Below are positions 32,470 to 41,780 of a stretch of 64,000 nt of DNA, in pieces. Source of the DNA: Actinomycetota bacterium. GTDB lineage: Bacteria > Actinomycetota > Aquicultoria > Subteraquimicrobiales > UBA9087. The notes below the pieces were generated by a model that worked only from the letters and a program-made list of their open reading frames with translations, was not told the DNA's origin and ran no database searches. How positions within the stretch are numbered: position 1 is the first letter of the stretch; the number at the start of each line of letters is the position of its first letter. The stretch spans positions 16,588-80,587 of the forward strand of contig JASEEZ010000001.1 in NCBI GenBank assembly GCA_030019215.1. The letters are read 5' to 3'. The position numbers were made by a program, and so were the translations under genes.

Positions 32470-32870
32470 AATAGTTATTCGAAATTCGTTATTAGTTATT
32501 AGTTGACAGTTAACCCGCCAGCTTAGAGCACGGAGCTTAGAGCTTGGAGCCAATGAGTCGGTAGTCCCCCGTAAGACCTCCAACTCCAAAATCCTAATTT
32601 TCCAAACGTTGTTTTGCCATGTCTGACGGCAGGCAGGAATTTTGTATTTTGAATTTCGTGCTTAGTGCTTCGAATTTCTTACTTCTTAATTCTTCCTTCT
32701 TAATTCTTAATTGTGATCGGCTCCCCACTCCCGACTCTTTATCATCCCTGGCGACTGGTGACTGGCAGCTGGTCCCTGGTTCCTGGTTCTTCGTCCTTCG
32801 TCCTTCATCCCTTGACTCGTGACCCATGCCCCATGACCCCTGTACCCTATTCTTTGCTCAATTCCCATTT
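32470..32870. repeat. Stack of different heptamer tandem-repeat modules
   Basis: Consecutive short runs of TTATTAG, GCTTAGA, TTCTTAA, CTCCC(C/G)A, GACTGGT, CCTGGTT, CTTCGTC and GACCC(A/C)T-type units. Confidence 0.75.
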
Positions 32871-34415
32871 TTACGAGCCAGTTTCCGCCATCAATTTCTT
32901 GAAAGCCATCGGCAAGCAATTAAGAAGATCGCCGGCGATTAAACAATACTCCGTCAGTTCCTGTGCAGCAATATCCCCAGCCAACCCGTGAAGGTAGGTC
33001 CCCAGAACGGCAGCCTTAAAGGGCTCGACCCCTTGAGAAAGTAGGCCGGCGATCAACCCGGTGAGCACATCCCCCGTCCCGGCCGTCGCCATTCCCGGAT
33101 TACCGGTGGTGTTCACGACCAATTCTTGAGAAGAACCAACTATCGAGCGCGCTCCCTTGAGAACAATGACAACGTCCCATTCCTTCGCTGCCCTCCTGGT
33201 AAATTGCAATCGATCAAGCTGTACCTCCCCCGCAGTAATCCCGAACAACCCGGCGAGCTCTCCGGGATGAGGAGTAATGACAGTCGGGTAGGACCGCTTG
33301 CTCAAAATATCTACCTTGCCCATAAGAGCATTCAATCCGTCGGCATCCAGAACCAGGGGAAGGCAAACACTCTCCACCAGTTTGAGAACGAGGGAGACCG
33401 TCTCCGCCTCACGGGACAAGCCTGGTCCCAGAGCAAGCACATCGAAGGAGGGAATGAGTTCCTCAATGGGATCAAGGGCTTCAAGACTTAGAGAACCCGA
33501 AGCCGTTTCCGGAAGAGGAACGGTCATGACCTCGGTTACCTTCTCCTCCAGAATACTATTTAAACTCCCGGGGATGCCCAGGGTGACCAGACCGGCTCCG
33601 GATCGCAGAGCAGCCAGGGAAGTCAAGGATGCCGCACCAGTCATTCCAATCGAGCCCGCCACAACCAAGACCCTGCCGCAGGCCTTCTTATGAACATCCA
33701 CTTCCCGAGTCGGAAGAAAAGTTCTCACCTCATCAGGAGAGGAGAGTGAAACATCGCTTGCCCGCTCGATCAGACCCTCCGGTACCCCCAAACCGGCCAC
33801 CTCTAGTTCGCCCACAAAATCGGCCCCGGGGTAAATCACCAGACCAACCTTTGGGCAGATAAAGGTGACTGTCCTATCGGCCTTGATGCAAGCACCTTGA
33901 ACAGAACCGGTATTCGCCTCCAGGCCCGAGGGGACATCGACGGAAAGAACGGGACAGGAGACCAGATTCATCTCCTTTATCACCTCTGCAACCAGTCCCT
34001 TCGTCGCTCCCTCGAAACCGATGCCAAAGATAGCGTCAATGACCAGATTCGTCCCCTGTAGGGCGGCTCTGAAATCTTCTAAATTCTCGGAGGTCAAAGA
34101 TCGACAATCCAGTGGAAGGTCTTTCAAGGCTTTGAAGGCATCAGCCGCTGCAGAAGATAAATCCTTCTCCGGGGACAACGTAAATACCTTGACCCAGAGA
34201 CCCCTCTCGCAAAGAAAGCGCGAGGCGACAAATCCATCTCCTCCGTTGTTGCCCTTTCCGCAGATCACCACCACTTCCCCGCCGGTGAGCATCTCAGTAG
34301 CGCTGTCGGCCACTGCCCTTCCCGCCCTTTCCATGAGATCTCTCACGGAGATACCCAGCTCCTTTACCGCCACCATCTCCAGTCTTCGCATTTCCCGACC
34401 ACTTACAACGCGCAA
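32871..34415 (-). CDS. nnr: Bifunctional NAD(P)H-hydrate epimerase/dehydratase
   Basis: CGKGNNGGDG, DAIFGIG, VDVPSG, GPGL, LDADGLN, TPHPGE, ATAGTGDVL. Confidence 0.95.
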   Translation of the reverse strand: MRVVSGREMRRLEMVAVKELGISVRDLMERAGRAVADSATEMLTGGEVVVICGKGNNGGDGFVASRFLCERGLWVKVFTLSPEKDLSSAAADAFKALKDLPLDCRSLTSENLEDFRAALQGTNLVIDAIFGIGFEGATKGLVAEVIKEMNLVSCPVLSVDVPSGLEANTGSVQGACIKADRTVTFICPKVGLVIYPGADFVGELEVAGLGVPEGLIERASDVSLSSPDEVRTFLPTREVDVHKKACGRVLVVAGSIGMTGAASLTSLAALRSGAGLVTLGIPGSLNSILEEKVTEVMTVPLPETASGSLSLEALDPIEELIPSFDVLALGPGLSREAETVSLVLKLVESVCLPLVLDADGLNALMGKVDILSKRSYPTVITPHPGELAGLFGITAGEVQLDRLQFTRRAAKEWDVVIVLKGARSIVGSSQELVVNTTGNPGMATAGTGDVLTGLIAGLLSQGVEPFKAAVLGTYLHGLAGDIAAQELTEYCLIAGDLLNCLPMAFKKLMAETGS

Positions 34416-34416
34416 A

Positions 34417-34797
34417 TCAACTCCCCCCCAATGCGATGGCCGAGGCGATGGCATTACCTCCACTGAAGGAGAGACTGATGAGAACATCGGATATCCCTTT
34501 TTCTCGCGCCATCAGAGCTGCTCCTCCATCGAGGTAAAGAAGGGGTCTTCCCAGGGAATCACGACGAACCTCTAAATCCGTCCACCTCACTCCCCGAAAA
34601 CCCGTCCCGAGAGCCTTCAGCGCTGCTTCCTTTGCCGCGAAGCGAACGGCGAAGTGAAGGTGGGCTCGAGCTTTGCTCAGGCAATACTCCTGCTCTCGGG
34701 AGGTAAATAGACGCGATTGAAGTCTGGGGTATTTTTCAATGGCTCTTTTGAGGCGGGCAATCTCCACAATATCGACGCCGATTCCTTTTACAACCAA
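34417..34797 (-). CDS. acpS: Holo-ACP synthase
   Basis: GIGVDIVEI, RFAAKEAALKALGTG. Confidence 0.95.
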   Translation of the reverse strand: MVVKGIGVDIVEIARLKRAIEKYPRLQSRLFTSREQEYCLSKARAHLHFAVRFAAKEAALKALGTGFRGVRWTDLEVRRDSLGRPLLYLDGGAALMAREKGISDVLISLSFSGGNAIASAIALGGS

Positions 34798-34825
34798 GCG
34801 GCCCTCCTCCTTTCGCCATTCGACC

Positions 34826-36652
34826 TCACTCGACCGTCACGCTCTTGGCCAAATTCCTGGGTTGATCCACATTGCAACCACGCAATTTGGCAACATAATA
34901 GGCAAAGAGCTGGAGGGGAATCACCGCCAATATGGGGGATAAGAACTCCGAGGTTTCGGGAACACAAAAAACATGATCGGCCAATTTCGCAATCTCCTCA
35001 TCACCCTCATTGGCTACGGTGATGACCGTGGCGCCCCTGGCTCTGACCTCCTGAATGTTGCTCGTGACCTTCTCGTGAACCTGACCCCTCGTGGCGACCA
35101 CCACGACGGGAACGTCTCCATCGATGAGAGCTATCGGCCCATGCTTCATCTCCCCCGCCGGGCAACCCTCGGCATGAATATACGATATCTCCTTAAGCTT
35201 AAGCGCTCCCTCGAGGGCAACCGGCAACCCCATTCCTCGTCCCAAAAACAAGAAGTTTGAACGAGCGTGATACTTCCTAGCGCATCCCTCAATCTCGGCG
35301 TGGTTGGAGAGAACCTTCTCCGTCAACTCCGGCAATCTTAAGACCTCCGCCACTATCTTTTCCATCTCCTCCAAGGAAAGTGTCTCCCGGGCCCGAGCCA
35401 GATAAAGGGCAAGGACGTAGAGGGCCGCCATCTGCGCAACCAGGGTCTTGGTAGCAGCGACCCCGATTTCAGGACCAGCGTGGGTATAAAAGACCCCATC
35501 CGCTTCCCTCGTCACGCTGCTCCCCACCACGTTGGTGATGGCCATCACCCTGGCTCCCTTGCGCTTAGCCTCCCGAATGCCAGCTAGCGTATCGGCGGTC
35601 TCGCCTGATTGAGTGATGGCAATAACCAGAGTATCGGAATCAACGAGGGGATCCTGATATCTGAACTCCGAGGAGATGTCCGTTTCGACAGGAAGACGCG
35701 CCCACTTCTCGATGATTCGCTTGCCCATCAGGCCAGCATGATAAGACGTTCCACAGGCAACCATGAACACCTTTTTCAAATTCTTTATCTCTTCCTCGGT
35801 CAGCGCAACCTCGTCCAGACTTATCCGACAATCCGCACCGATTCTCCCCCTTAAAGTTTCCCGAATGGCAACCGGCTGCTCGAATATCTCCTTGAGCATG
35901 AAATCCTCGTAGCCTCCCTTTTCCGCCGCCTCCGCACCCCATTTAACACGAAAGACTTCCCGATCAACCGGTTGGTTACCCAGCGTGGTTATCTTGACTC
36001 CATCCTGATTCACCTTGGCTATCTCGCCGTCTTTCAAAATCAAAACATCCCTGGTATGACCTAGAATCGCGGGGATGTCCGAAGCCACGAAATACTCACC
36101 CTTCCCCAATCCAACGACCAAGGGACTATCTTTCCTGGCAGCCACCACAACATCCGGCTCGTCCTTGCAGATCACCACAATGGCAAAAGAACCTTCCACC
36201 CTCTTTAGCGACTGGCGGGCGGCTTCAGCGAGATCCCCCCGATAATTTTCCTCGATGAGATGGACGAGGACTTCCGTATCCGTCTCTGAGTGAAAGGTGT
36301 GCCCCCTCGATTCCAGTTCCTCGCGCAAACCAAAAAAATTTTCGATTATGCCGTTGTGGACGAGGGCAATTCTACCTGTGCAATCGATGTGAGGATGGGC
36401 ATTCATTTCAGAGGGCCTTCCATGCGTTGCCCACCTGGTATGACCAATACCAACCCACCCCTCGGGATTACTCTCCTTGACCGCCCTTTCGAGCTCTTCT
36501 AGGTGACCCTTCCTTCGAACGATGCTTATCTCGCCATCGCTCAAAATGGCCAGCCCAGCCGAGTCATAGCCCCTGTATTCGAGCTTCTTGAGTCCCTCCA
36601 GCAGAATCGGGGTTGAATTTTTATTTCCGATGTACCCAACTATTCCACACAC
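34826..36652 (-). CDS. glmS: Glutamine--fructose-6-phosphate transaminase
   Basis: MCGIVG, EYRGYDSAG, GHTRWATHG, QSGETADT, PRNLAKSVTVE. Confidence 0.98.
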   Translation of the reverse strand: MCGIVGYIGNKNSTPILLEGLKKLEYRGYDSAGLAILSDGEISIVRRKGHLEELERAVKESNPEGWVGIGHTRWATHGRPSEMNAHPHIDCTGRIALVHNGIIENFFGLREELESRGHTFHSETDTEVLVHLIEENYRGDLAEAARQSLKRVEGSFAIVVICKDEPDVVVAARKDSPLVVGLGKGEYFVASDIPAILGHTRDVLILKDGEIAKVNQDGVKITTLGNQPVDREVFRVKWGAEAAEKGGYEDFMLKEIFEQPVAIRETLRGRIGADCRISLDEVALTEEEIKNLKKVFMVACGTSYHAGLMGKRIIEKWARLPVETDISSEFRYQDPLVDSDTLVIAITQSGETADTLAGIREAKRKGARVMAITNVVGSSVTREADGVFYTHAGPEIGVAATKTLVAQMAALYVLALYLARARETLSLEEMEKIVAEVLRLPELTEKVLSNHAEIEGCARKYHARSNFLFLGRGMGLPVALEGALKLKEISYIHAEGCPAGEMKHGPIALIDGDVPVVVVATRGQVHEKVTSNIQEVRARGATVITVANEGDEEIAKLADHVFCVPETSEFLSPILAVIPLQLFAYYVAKLRGCNVDQPRNLAKSVTVE

Positions 36653-36687
36653 AAATTTTCCCTCCGAACCAAAAATCTCTTTGAAAT

Positions 36688-38022
36688 CTAAACGAGCTTT
36701 CTCTCGATTATACCAGCAATCCTCCGCGCGATGGAGTTTGCCTCCTCCTCACTATCACTCTCGACCATCACTCTGACCAGTGGCTCCGTGCCTGAGGGAC
36801 GCACCAGTACCCGTCCTCTGCCCTCTAATTCCTCTTCGGCAGCCCTGACCTCCCTCCAAACCTCGGTAGCCGACTCCAATTGCCCCCTGTCCTTCAAGGG
36901 AACATTCAGGAGAACCTGAGGTAAGCGACTCATTATTTTCTTCAACTCGGAAAGTTTCTTGGCGGTGTCCCTCATAACCCTCATAAGTTGAAGAGCGGTG
37001 ATGATGCCATCTCCGGTCGTATTGTGCTCGAGGAAGATTATGTGTCCCGACTGCTCCCCTCCCATAACGATATCCCGAGCGAGCATTTCCTCCAAAACAT
37101 ACCTGTCTCCAACCGGGGTTTTCACTACATTTATCCCGTGTCTCCTCATCGCGAGATCGAAACCCATATTCGTCATGACCGTGGTCACCACGGCATTTTG
37201 GGGGAGCCTTCCCTCTCTCTTGAGATGAGTGGCGCAGATGGCCATGGCGAAATCGCCATCGACGATTTCGCCATTCTCATCCACGGCAATCACCCTATCG
37301 GCATCGCCATCGTGAGCCAATCCTAAATCGACCCGGTGAGACCGGACAATCTCTTGAACATACTGAGGATAGGTTGAACCACACTCCTTGTTGATATTCA
37401 CACCATCGGGATTGGCGGCAAAAACAAGAACCTCAGCCCCCAGTTGGCGAAGGACGAGGGGAGAAACGGTGCAAGCGGAACCATTGGCACAATCAAGAGC
37501 CACCGTAAAGCCCTCCAAATCCGCCGGGATCGTGCTCACAACATGATCGACATATCTCTCAACAGCATCGGGAACCTCAAAGATATTACCAACCCCGGCC
37601 CCTGTGGGCCTACGTCTATCCCTCCCCGACATAAGCTCCTCGATCTTATCTTCCGTCTCATCGGAGAGCTTAAAGCCTGTGGAATCAAAAAATTTAATCC
37701 CATTGTACTCGGCCGGATTATGTGACGCTGAGATGACTACCCCGGCATTGGCCCCAAGAACTCTGGTCAAATAAGCAATGCCCGGAGTGGGCATAACCCC
37801 GACCTTCAAAACATCGACCCCAGCGGAACATATCCCAGTCACGAGGGCAGATTCCAGAAGATCACCTGAGATGCGAGTATCTCTGCCCACAACAATTTTC
37901 CCTTTCGAGCCTCGGGGAATCAGAAAGGATGCTCCAGCCCACCCAAGCTTGAACGCTAGTTCTGGGGAGAGATCATCGTTGGCTATACCGCGGACTCCAT
38001 CTGTGCCGAAAAGCCTACCCAA
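36688..38022 (-). CDS. glmM: Phosphoglucosamine mutase
   Basis: FGTDGVRG, SASHNP, DGDADR, GGEQSGH, RPSGTEP. Confidence 0.97.
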   Translation of the reverse strand: MGRLFGTDGVRGIANDDLSPELAFKLGWAGASFLIPRGSKGKIVVGRDTRISGDLLESALVTGICSAGVDVLKVGVMPTPGIAYLTRVLGANAGVVISASHNPAEYNGIKFFDSTGFKLSDETEDKIEELMSGRDRRRPTGAGVGNIFEVPDAVERYVDHVVSTIPADLEGFTVALDCANGSACTVSPLVLRQLGAEVLVFAANPDGVNINKECGSTYPQYVQEIVRSHRVDLGLAHDGDADRVIAVDENGEIVDGDFAMAICATHLKREGRLPQNAVVTTVMTNMGFDLAMRRHGINVVKTPVGDRYVLEEMLARDIVMGGEQSGHIIFLEHNTTGDGIITALQLMRVMRDTAKKLSELKKIMSRLPQVLLNVPLKDRGQLESATEVWREVRAAEEELEGRGRVLVRPSGTEPLVRVMVESDSEEEANSIARRIAGIIERKLV

Positions 38023-38271
38023 AATCGCCTCCTAAAATAATGCCGGAAGTGGTCTGAATCCACAGGATTAATTCGACAAAGGGATGAGATAACCTCTCAT
38101 GTTGACCGCAATCTCCTCGCAACCGAAGTGATGTCATCACCGCAAGTGAGGCAAAACAGTCGAGAATAAAAGCCAAAAACCGACCATTTGGATGAACACC
38201 AATAAAAAAGAGGTTTGCCGAAGTCGAGTTTCCCTCACACTTCTCAAACCTCTCCGCTCCCCAAAGGAATT

Positions 38272-38733
38272 TTATCGCTTGGAGAACTGCGGACGCTTGC
38301 GGGCTTTTTTGAGACCGTATTTTCTCCGCTCCTTCATGCGAGGATCACGGGTCAGAAGCCCAGCTTTCTTAAGCTCATCACGGAAGCTCTCATCGGCCTC
38401 GAGTAGGGCCCGGGAGATGCCGTGCACCAGTGCCCCAGCCTGACCAGAAACTCCCCCACCCCTGATGTCGGCGATTACATCAAACTTATTGGCAGTATTG
38501 GTGATATCAAGTGGGCACCTTACAGTCGTGCACAATATCTCCTGACCAAAGTAATCCCTCAGATTCTTCCCCCCTATGTCGAACTCACCTTTGCCCGGCA
38601 CAAGCCGCACACGAGCAACGGCTTCCTTCCTGCGACCAGTGCCATAGTAGACCACTCGCTGCTCGGTGGAGCTAGTTTTTCCTTTTCCTTTGACCTTCTT
38701 CTTCTCGGTTTTTACCTCTTTCTTCACGGGCAT
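38272..38733 (-). CDS. rpsI: 30S ribosomal protein S9
   Basis: [36 protein letters not shown]. Confidence 0.98.
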   Translation of the reverse strand: MPVKKEVKTEKKKVKGKGKTSSTEQRVVYYGTGRRKEAVARVRLVPGKGEFDIGGKNLRDYFGQEILCTTVRCPLDITNTANKFDVIADIRGGGVSGQAGALVHGISRALLEADESFRDELKKAGLLTRDPRMKERRKYGLKKARKRPQFSKR

Positions 38734-38744
38734 CTCTTTCCCTC

Positions 38745-39179
38745 TCAGACATCCAAGGTGATCTTCTCGGGCCCTTGAGCCTGGTGCGGATGGTCAGGAC
38801 CCACGTAAACCTTGAGCTTCTTAAGCATCGCCCTGCCCAGCTTATTGTGGGGCAACATGCCCCTCACGGCTTCCCTTACCACAAAGGTCGGCTTCTCTCT
38901 TATCAAAGTGGCGTAATCGATAGTCTTAAGCCCACCAATATAACCAGAGTGACGATAGTGCATCTTTTTTTCAAGCTTCCCCCCCGTGAGCTTCACCTTC
39001 TCGGCGTTGACAACGATCACGAAATCGCCCGTGTCCATATGGGGGGTGAAAATGGGCTTATGCTTCCCCCTGAGAAACTGGGCCACCTGGCTTGCCAACC
39101 TGCCAAGGGGCACCCCATCGGCATCGACGATCAGCCACTTCCTGGTTATGTCGGACGGTTTTGCGGAATAAGTCCTCAT
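38745..39179 (-). CDS. rplM: 50S ribosomal protein L13
   Basis: LGRLAS, GKHKP.FTPH.DTGD, HSGYIGG, HPHQAQ. Own promoter TTGACA-N17-TAAGAT at 39277-39305. Confidence 0.98.
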   Translation of the reverse strand: MRTYSAKPSDITRKWLIVDADGVPLGRLASQVAQFLRGKHKPIFTPHMDTGDFVIVVNAEKVKLTGGKLEKKMHYRHSGYIGGLKTIDYATLIREKPTFVVREAVRGMLPHNKLGRAMLKKLKVYVGPDHPHQAQGPEKITLDV

Positions 39180-39314
39180 ATCTTCACCAAGCACGGGACG
39201 CATATTTCTACGTCCCACGATACCTTAAAATAAAATACTGAGCTCGCGCCCAGTTAGAGCAGTTCGCAACCTCGATATCTTAGAATAAAAAACCACTGGT
39301 GTCAATAAGCCGAA

Positions 39315-39505
39315 TTGCCTCATCAAAAAAGTACTTGAAATTGAATCGTTGCCTCAAATAAAAAGTACTTGAAACAATAAGTCTCCAAGACGATCTTTTT
39401 TAAAAAGATTAGGAAGGAGACTTGTAAGATGCCACTTAGCATGAGAGAAAGAAAAGCGGTAACTAAAGCTTTAAAGATAAGGTACAGCAAAGCAGAAAGA
39501 GAGAG
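39315..39505 (+). mobile_element. IS remnant: duplicated 26-bp end repeat plus transposase N-terminus
   Basis: TTGCCTCA..AAAAAGTACTTGAAA at 39315-39340 and 39349-39374 (23/26 identical). RBS AGGAG and ATG 39429 give MPLSMRERKAVTKALKIRYSKA, which resembles the start of integrase-core (IS481/ISNCY-like) transposases and then breaks off. Confidence 0.55.
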
Positions 39506-39583
39506 AAGTGGGTTCTTACCAACAACCTCATGTCCTTCATACGCGCGGAATTGGAAATGGCTGATTCTGAGCTTACTTAAGGT

Positions 39584-39660
39584 TGGAGCCGGCGAGAGGA
39601 TTTGAACCCCCGACCAGCTGATTACAAATCAGCTGCTCTACCAGACTGAGCTACACCGGC
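39584..39660 (-). tRNA. tRNA-Thr (anticodon UGU), CCA encoded
   Basis: GCCGGTGTAGCTCAGTCTGGTAGAGCAGCTGATTTGTAATCAGCTGGTCGGGGGTTCAAATCCTCTCGCCGGCTCCA folds as a cloverleaf. Confidence 0.97.
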
Positions 39661-39685
39661 AAAAAGGTGGGTTCACCCTGAAGAG

Positions 39686-40354
39686 TCAATTACCCTTCCG
39701 CTTGAGATGCAAATCGACCTTCCGTTTCACACGCTGCAGAGCATTGTCTATGGATTTAACGTGTCGGTTTAGCTCCCCGGCGATTTCCTGATAAGACTTT
39801 CCCTCTATATACAACCTCAATACTCTGGCTTCGAGTTCGCTCAATATCTCCCCGAAACTTGACCGAATGCTTTTCAATTCCTCGCTGGTAATCACCAAGT
39901 CTATTGGATCACTCGTCTCGGAGCCGGAAAGCATATCCACCAGAGTGCGATCGGACTCCTCCTCAAAATAAACGGGCTTATTCAAAGAGATGTATGAATT
40001 CAGGGGAATGTGCTTCTGCCGAGTGGCGGTTTTGATGGCAGTGATCATCTGACGGGTGATGCAGAGTTCAGCGAAGGCTCGAAAAGAGGCCTGTTTATCC
40101 GGGCGAAAATCCCTAATCGCCTTGTATAACCCTATCATTCCCTCCTGGATTAAATCCTCTTTATCAGCTCCTATTAAAAAATAAGAACGGGCCTTGACCC
40201 GGACGAAATTTTTGTACTTACCCAAAAGAAACTCCAAAGCAAGACTGTTGGCGTCCCTGATCGCTGCCACGAGTTGTTCATCGGTAAAGCTTTCAAAAAA
40301 AGGGGTAGTGTTCTTAATACTCCTTGCTTCGGCTCGCAATCTCATCGCCTCCAA
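39686..40354 (-). CDS. sigH: RNA polymerase sigma factor SigH (Spo0H type)
   Basis: KARSYFLIGADKEDLIQEGMIGLYKAIRDF, ATRQKHIPLNSYISL, KSIDNALQRVKRK. Confidence 0.93.
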   Translation of the reverse strand: MEAMRLRAEARSIKNTTPFFESFTDEQLVAAIRDANSLALEFLLGKYKNFVRVKARSYFLIGADKEDLIQEGMIGLYKAIRDFRPDKQASFRAFAELCITRQMITAIKTATRQKHIPLNSYISLNKPVYFEEESDRTLVDMLSGSETSDPIDLVITSEELKSIRSSFGEILSELEARVLRLYIEGKSYQEIAGELNRHVKSIDNALQRVKRKVDLHLKRKGN

Positions 40355-40584
40355 AGCTTCTCGGCCGCTGGATAGATCCGAAACCCATCACCGACGGTCA
40401 GACAAGGAACATCGATCACCCCCTCAACAAACTATAGCGAAATCATTATATATTACCAATTTCAAAAACGTCAAGGAAAAATGGCTGGTGAAGGTGAACA
40501 TTGATTGTCTATTTCTACCCTGAACAGCTCATTTTGCGAAGTGCCTCCCTGACCTCGGCATCCAATCTTTCCTCAAGAAATAAC

Positions 40585-41030
40585 CAGGTACCTGATTCCT
40601 GGTTCCTGATTCCTAGTTCCCATTTATCTTAGAGCTTGGAGCATCTCTCGTTATTCGGAATTCGTTAATCGTTATTAGTAATTCGTTATTAGGAAAGGGT
40701 TCAAGGAGTCGAGGGTTCAAGAAGTCGAGGGTCTGTTTTCTAAAGATTTATAAGTCATAGTTCTTTAGCATTTCACTTGACCCCTTGGCTCCCCGAATCC
40801 TCGAATCCTAAAATTACCCCTGTAACTAATTCGGGGCAAATCTATTCCAAATTTCGAATTGCGAATTTCTAGTTTCGAATTGACCCCCCTGACCCCTGGA
40901 CCCTGGTCTCCGAACCCTTTCTACACTCCCAACTCCCTACTCCTCACTCCCGACTTTTATTTTCTCTGGCCTCTGTACCCTGAACCCTATCCCCTGGCAG
41001 CTGACCCCTGATTCCTGGTAGCTGGCAGCT
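40585..41030. repeat. Second stack of heptamer/octamer repeat modules
   Basis: CCTG(A/G)TT, CTTAGAGCTTGGAGC, TCGTTAT, TTCGAAT, CCCTGAC and CTCCCGA-type runs, plus an octamer hairpin element at 40696-40810. Confidence 0.75.
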
Positions 41031-41775
41031 AGCCGCCGCTTCGCGCCATCCTCTGCCTCCTGACTTCGTACATCAGAAGAGCTCCGGCCATGGCTACGTT
41101 CAGAGATGATATCTTCCCATGCATCGGAATCCTCACCAAAAAATCGCACTTTTGCTCGACCAGACGAGAAAGCCCCTTCCCTTCGCTCCCCAGAACGAGG
41201 GCAATCTTGCCCTTGAGGTCCACCTCGGAGTAGACATCCTTCGCATTCGCGCTACCGCCGATGATCCAAAATCCCTCACCTTTCAATCGCTCGATCGCAT
41301 AAACAAGATTACCAACCTGAACCAAGGGAACATGCTCTACCGCCCCAGCCGAGGCTTTGATCACCGCCGGTGTCAACCCCACCGAACGTCTCCTTGTGAT
41401 CACGATGCCACTCGCCCCCACCGCATCGGCGGAGCGCATAAGGGAACCTAGATTCTGAGGGTCCGTCACCTCGTCTAAAAGCAAAACGATGGGCGGCTCT
41501 TTCTCGCTCCTCAAGGAGATTAAAAAATCATCGAAGGAAATCGGGGGGAGGGGTTCAGCGTAGGCCACCACGCCCTGGTGTGCCTTCAGGTAAGAAATCG
41601 AATCGAGCTCCTTGCGATCGACCATCTTTATGGGTATCCCGCGCTCCCGGGCTATCTTCTTTATCTCTTTGAGGGCATCGCTCTCCTTGAGAGCTTTAGC
41701 TAGAAGAACTCTCTTTATTCTCCGTCTCCCCCGAAGCGCCTCTTGAACAGAGTTTCTACCCTTAATGATATCCAT
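41029..41775 (-). CDS. rlmB: 23S rRNA (G2251-2'-O)-methyltransferase RlmB
   Basis: GRNSV.EAL, HQGV, DPQNLG, GSEGKG, SLNVA; SpoU fold. Confidence 0.95.
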   Translation of the reverse strand: MDIIKGRNSVQEALRGRRRIKRVLLAKALKESDALKEIKKIARERGIPIKMVDRKELDSISYLKAHQGVVAYAEPLPPISFDDFLISLRSEKEPPIVLLLDEVTDPQNLGSLMRSADAVGASGIVITRRRSVGLTPAVIKASAGAVEHVPLVQVGNLVYAIERLKGEGFWIIGGSANAKDVYSEVDLKGKIALVLGSEGKGLSRLVEQKCDFLVRIPMHGKISSLNVAMAGALLMYEVRRQRMARSGG

Positions 41776-41780
41776 GAACC

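Noticed and set aside
32594..32991. Short ORFs across the repeat stacks (also 40937..41149)
   Set aside because: The translations reflect 7-nt periodicity and low complexity.
36653..36687. glmS ribozyme
   Set aside because: Only about 35 nt separate glmM and glmS.
39315..39374. CRISPR array
   Set aside because: Only two imperfect 26-nt copies 8 nt apart and no cas genes; better explained as an IS end. I saw no CRISPR array anywhere in the window.
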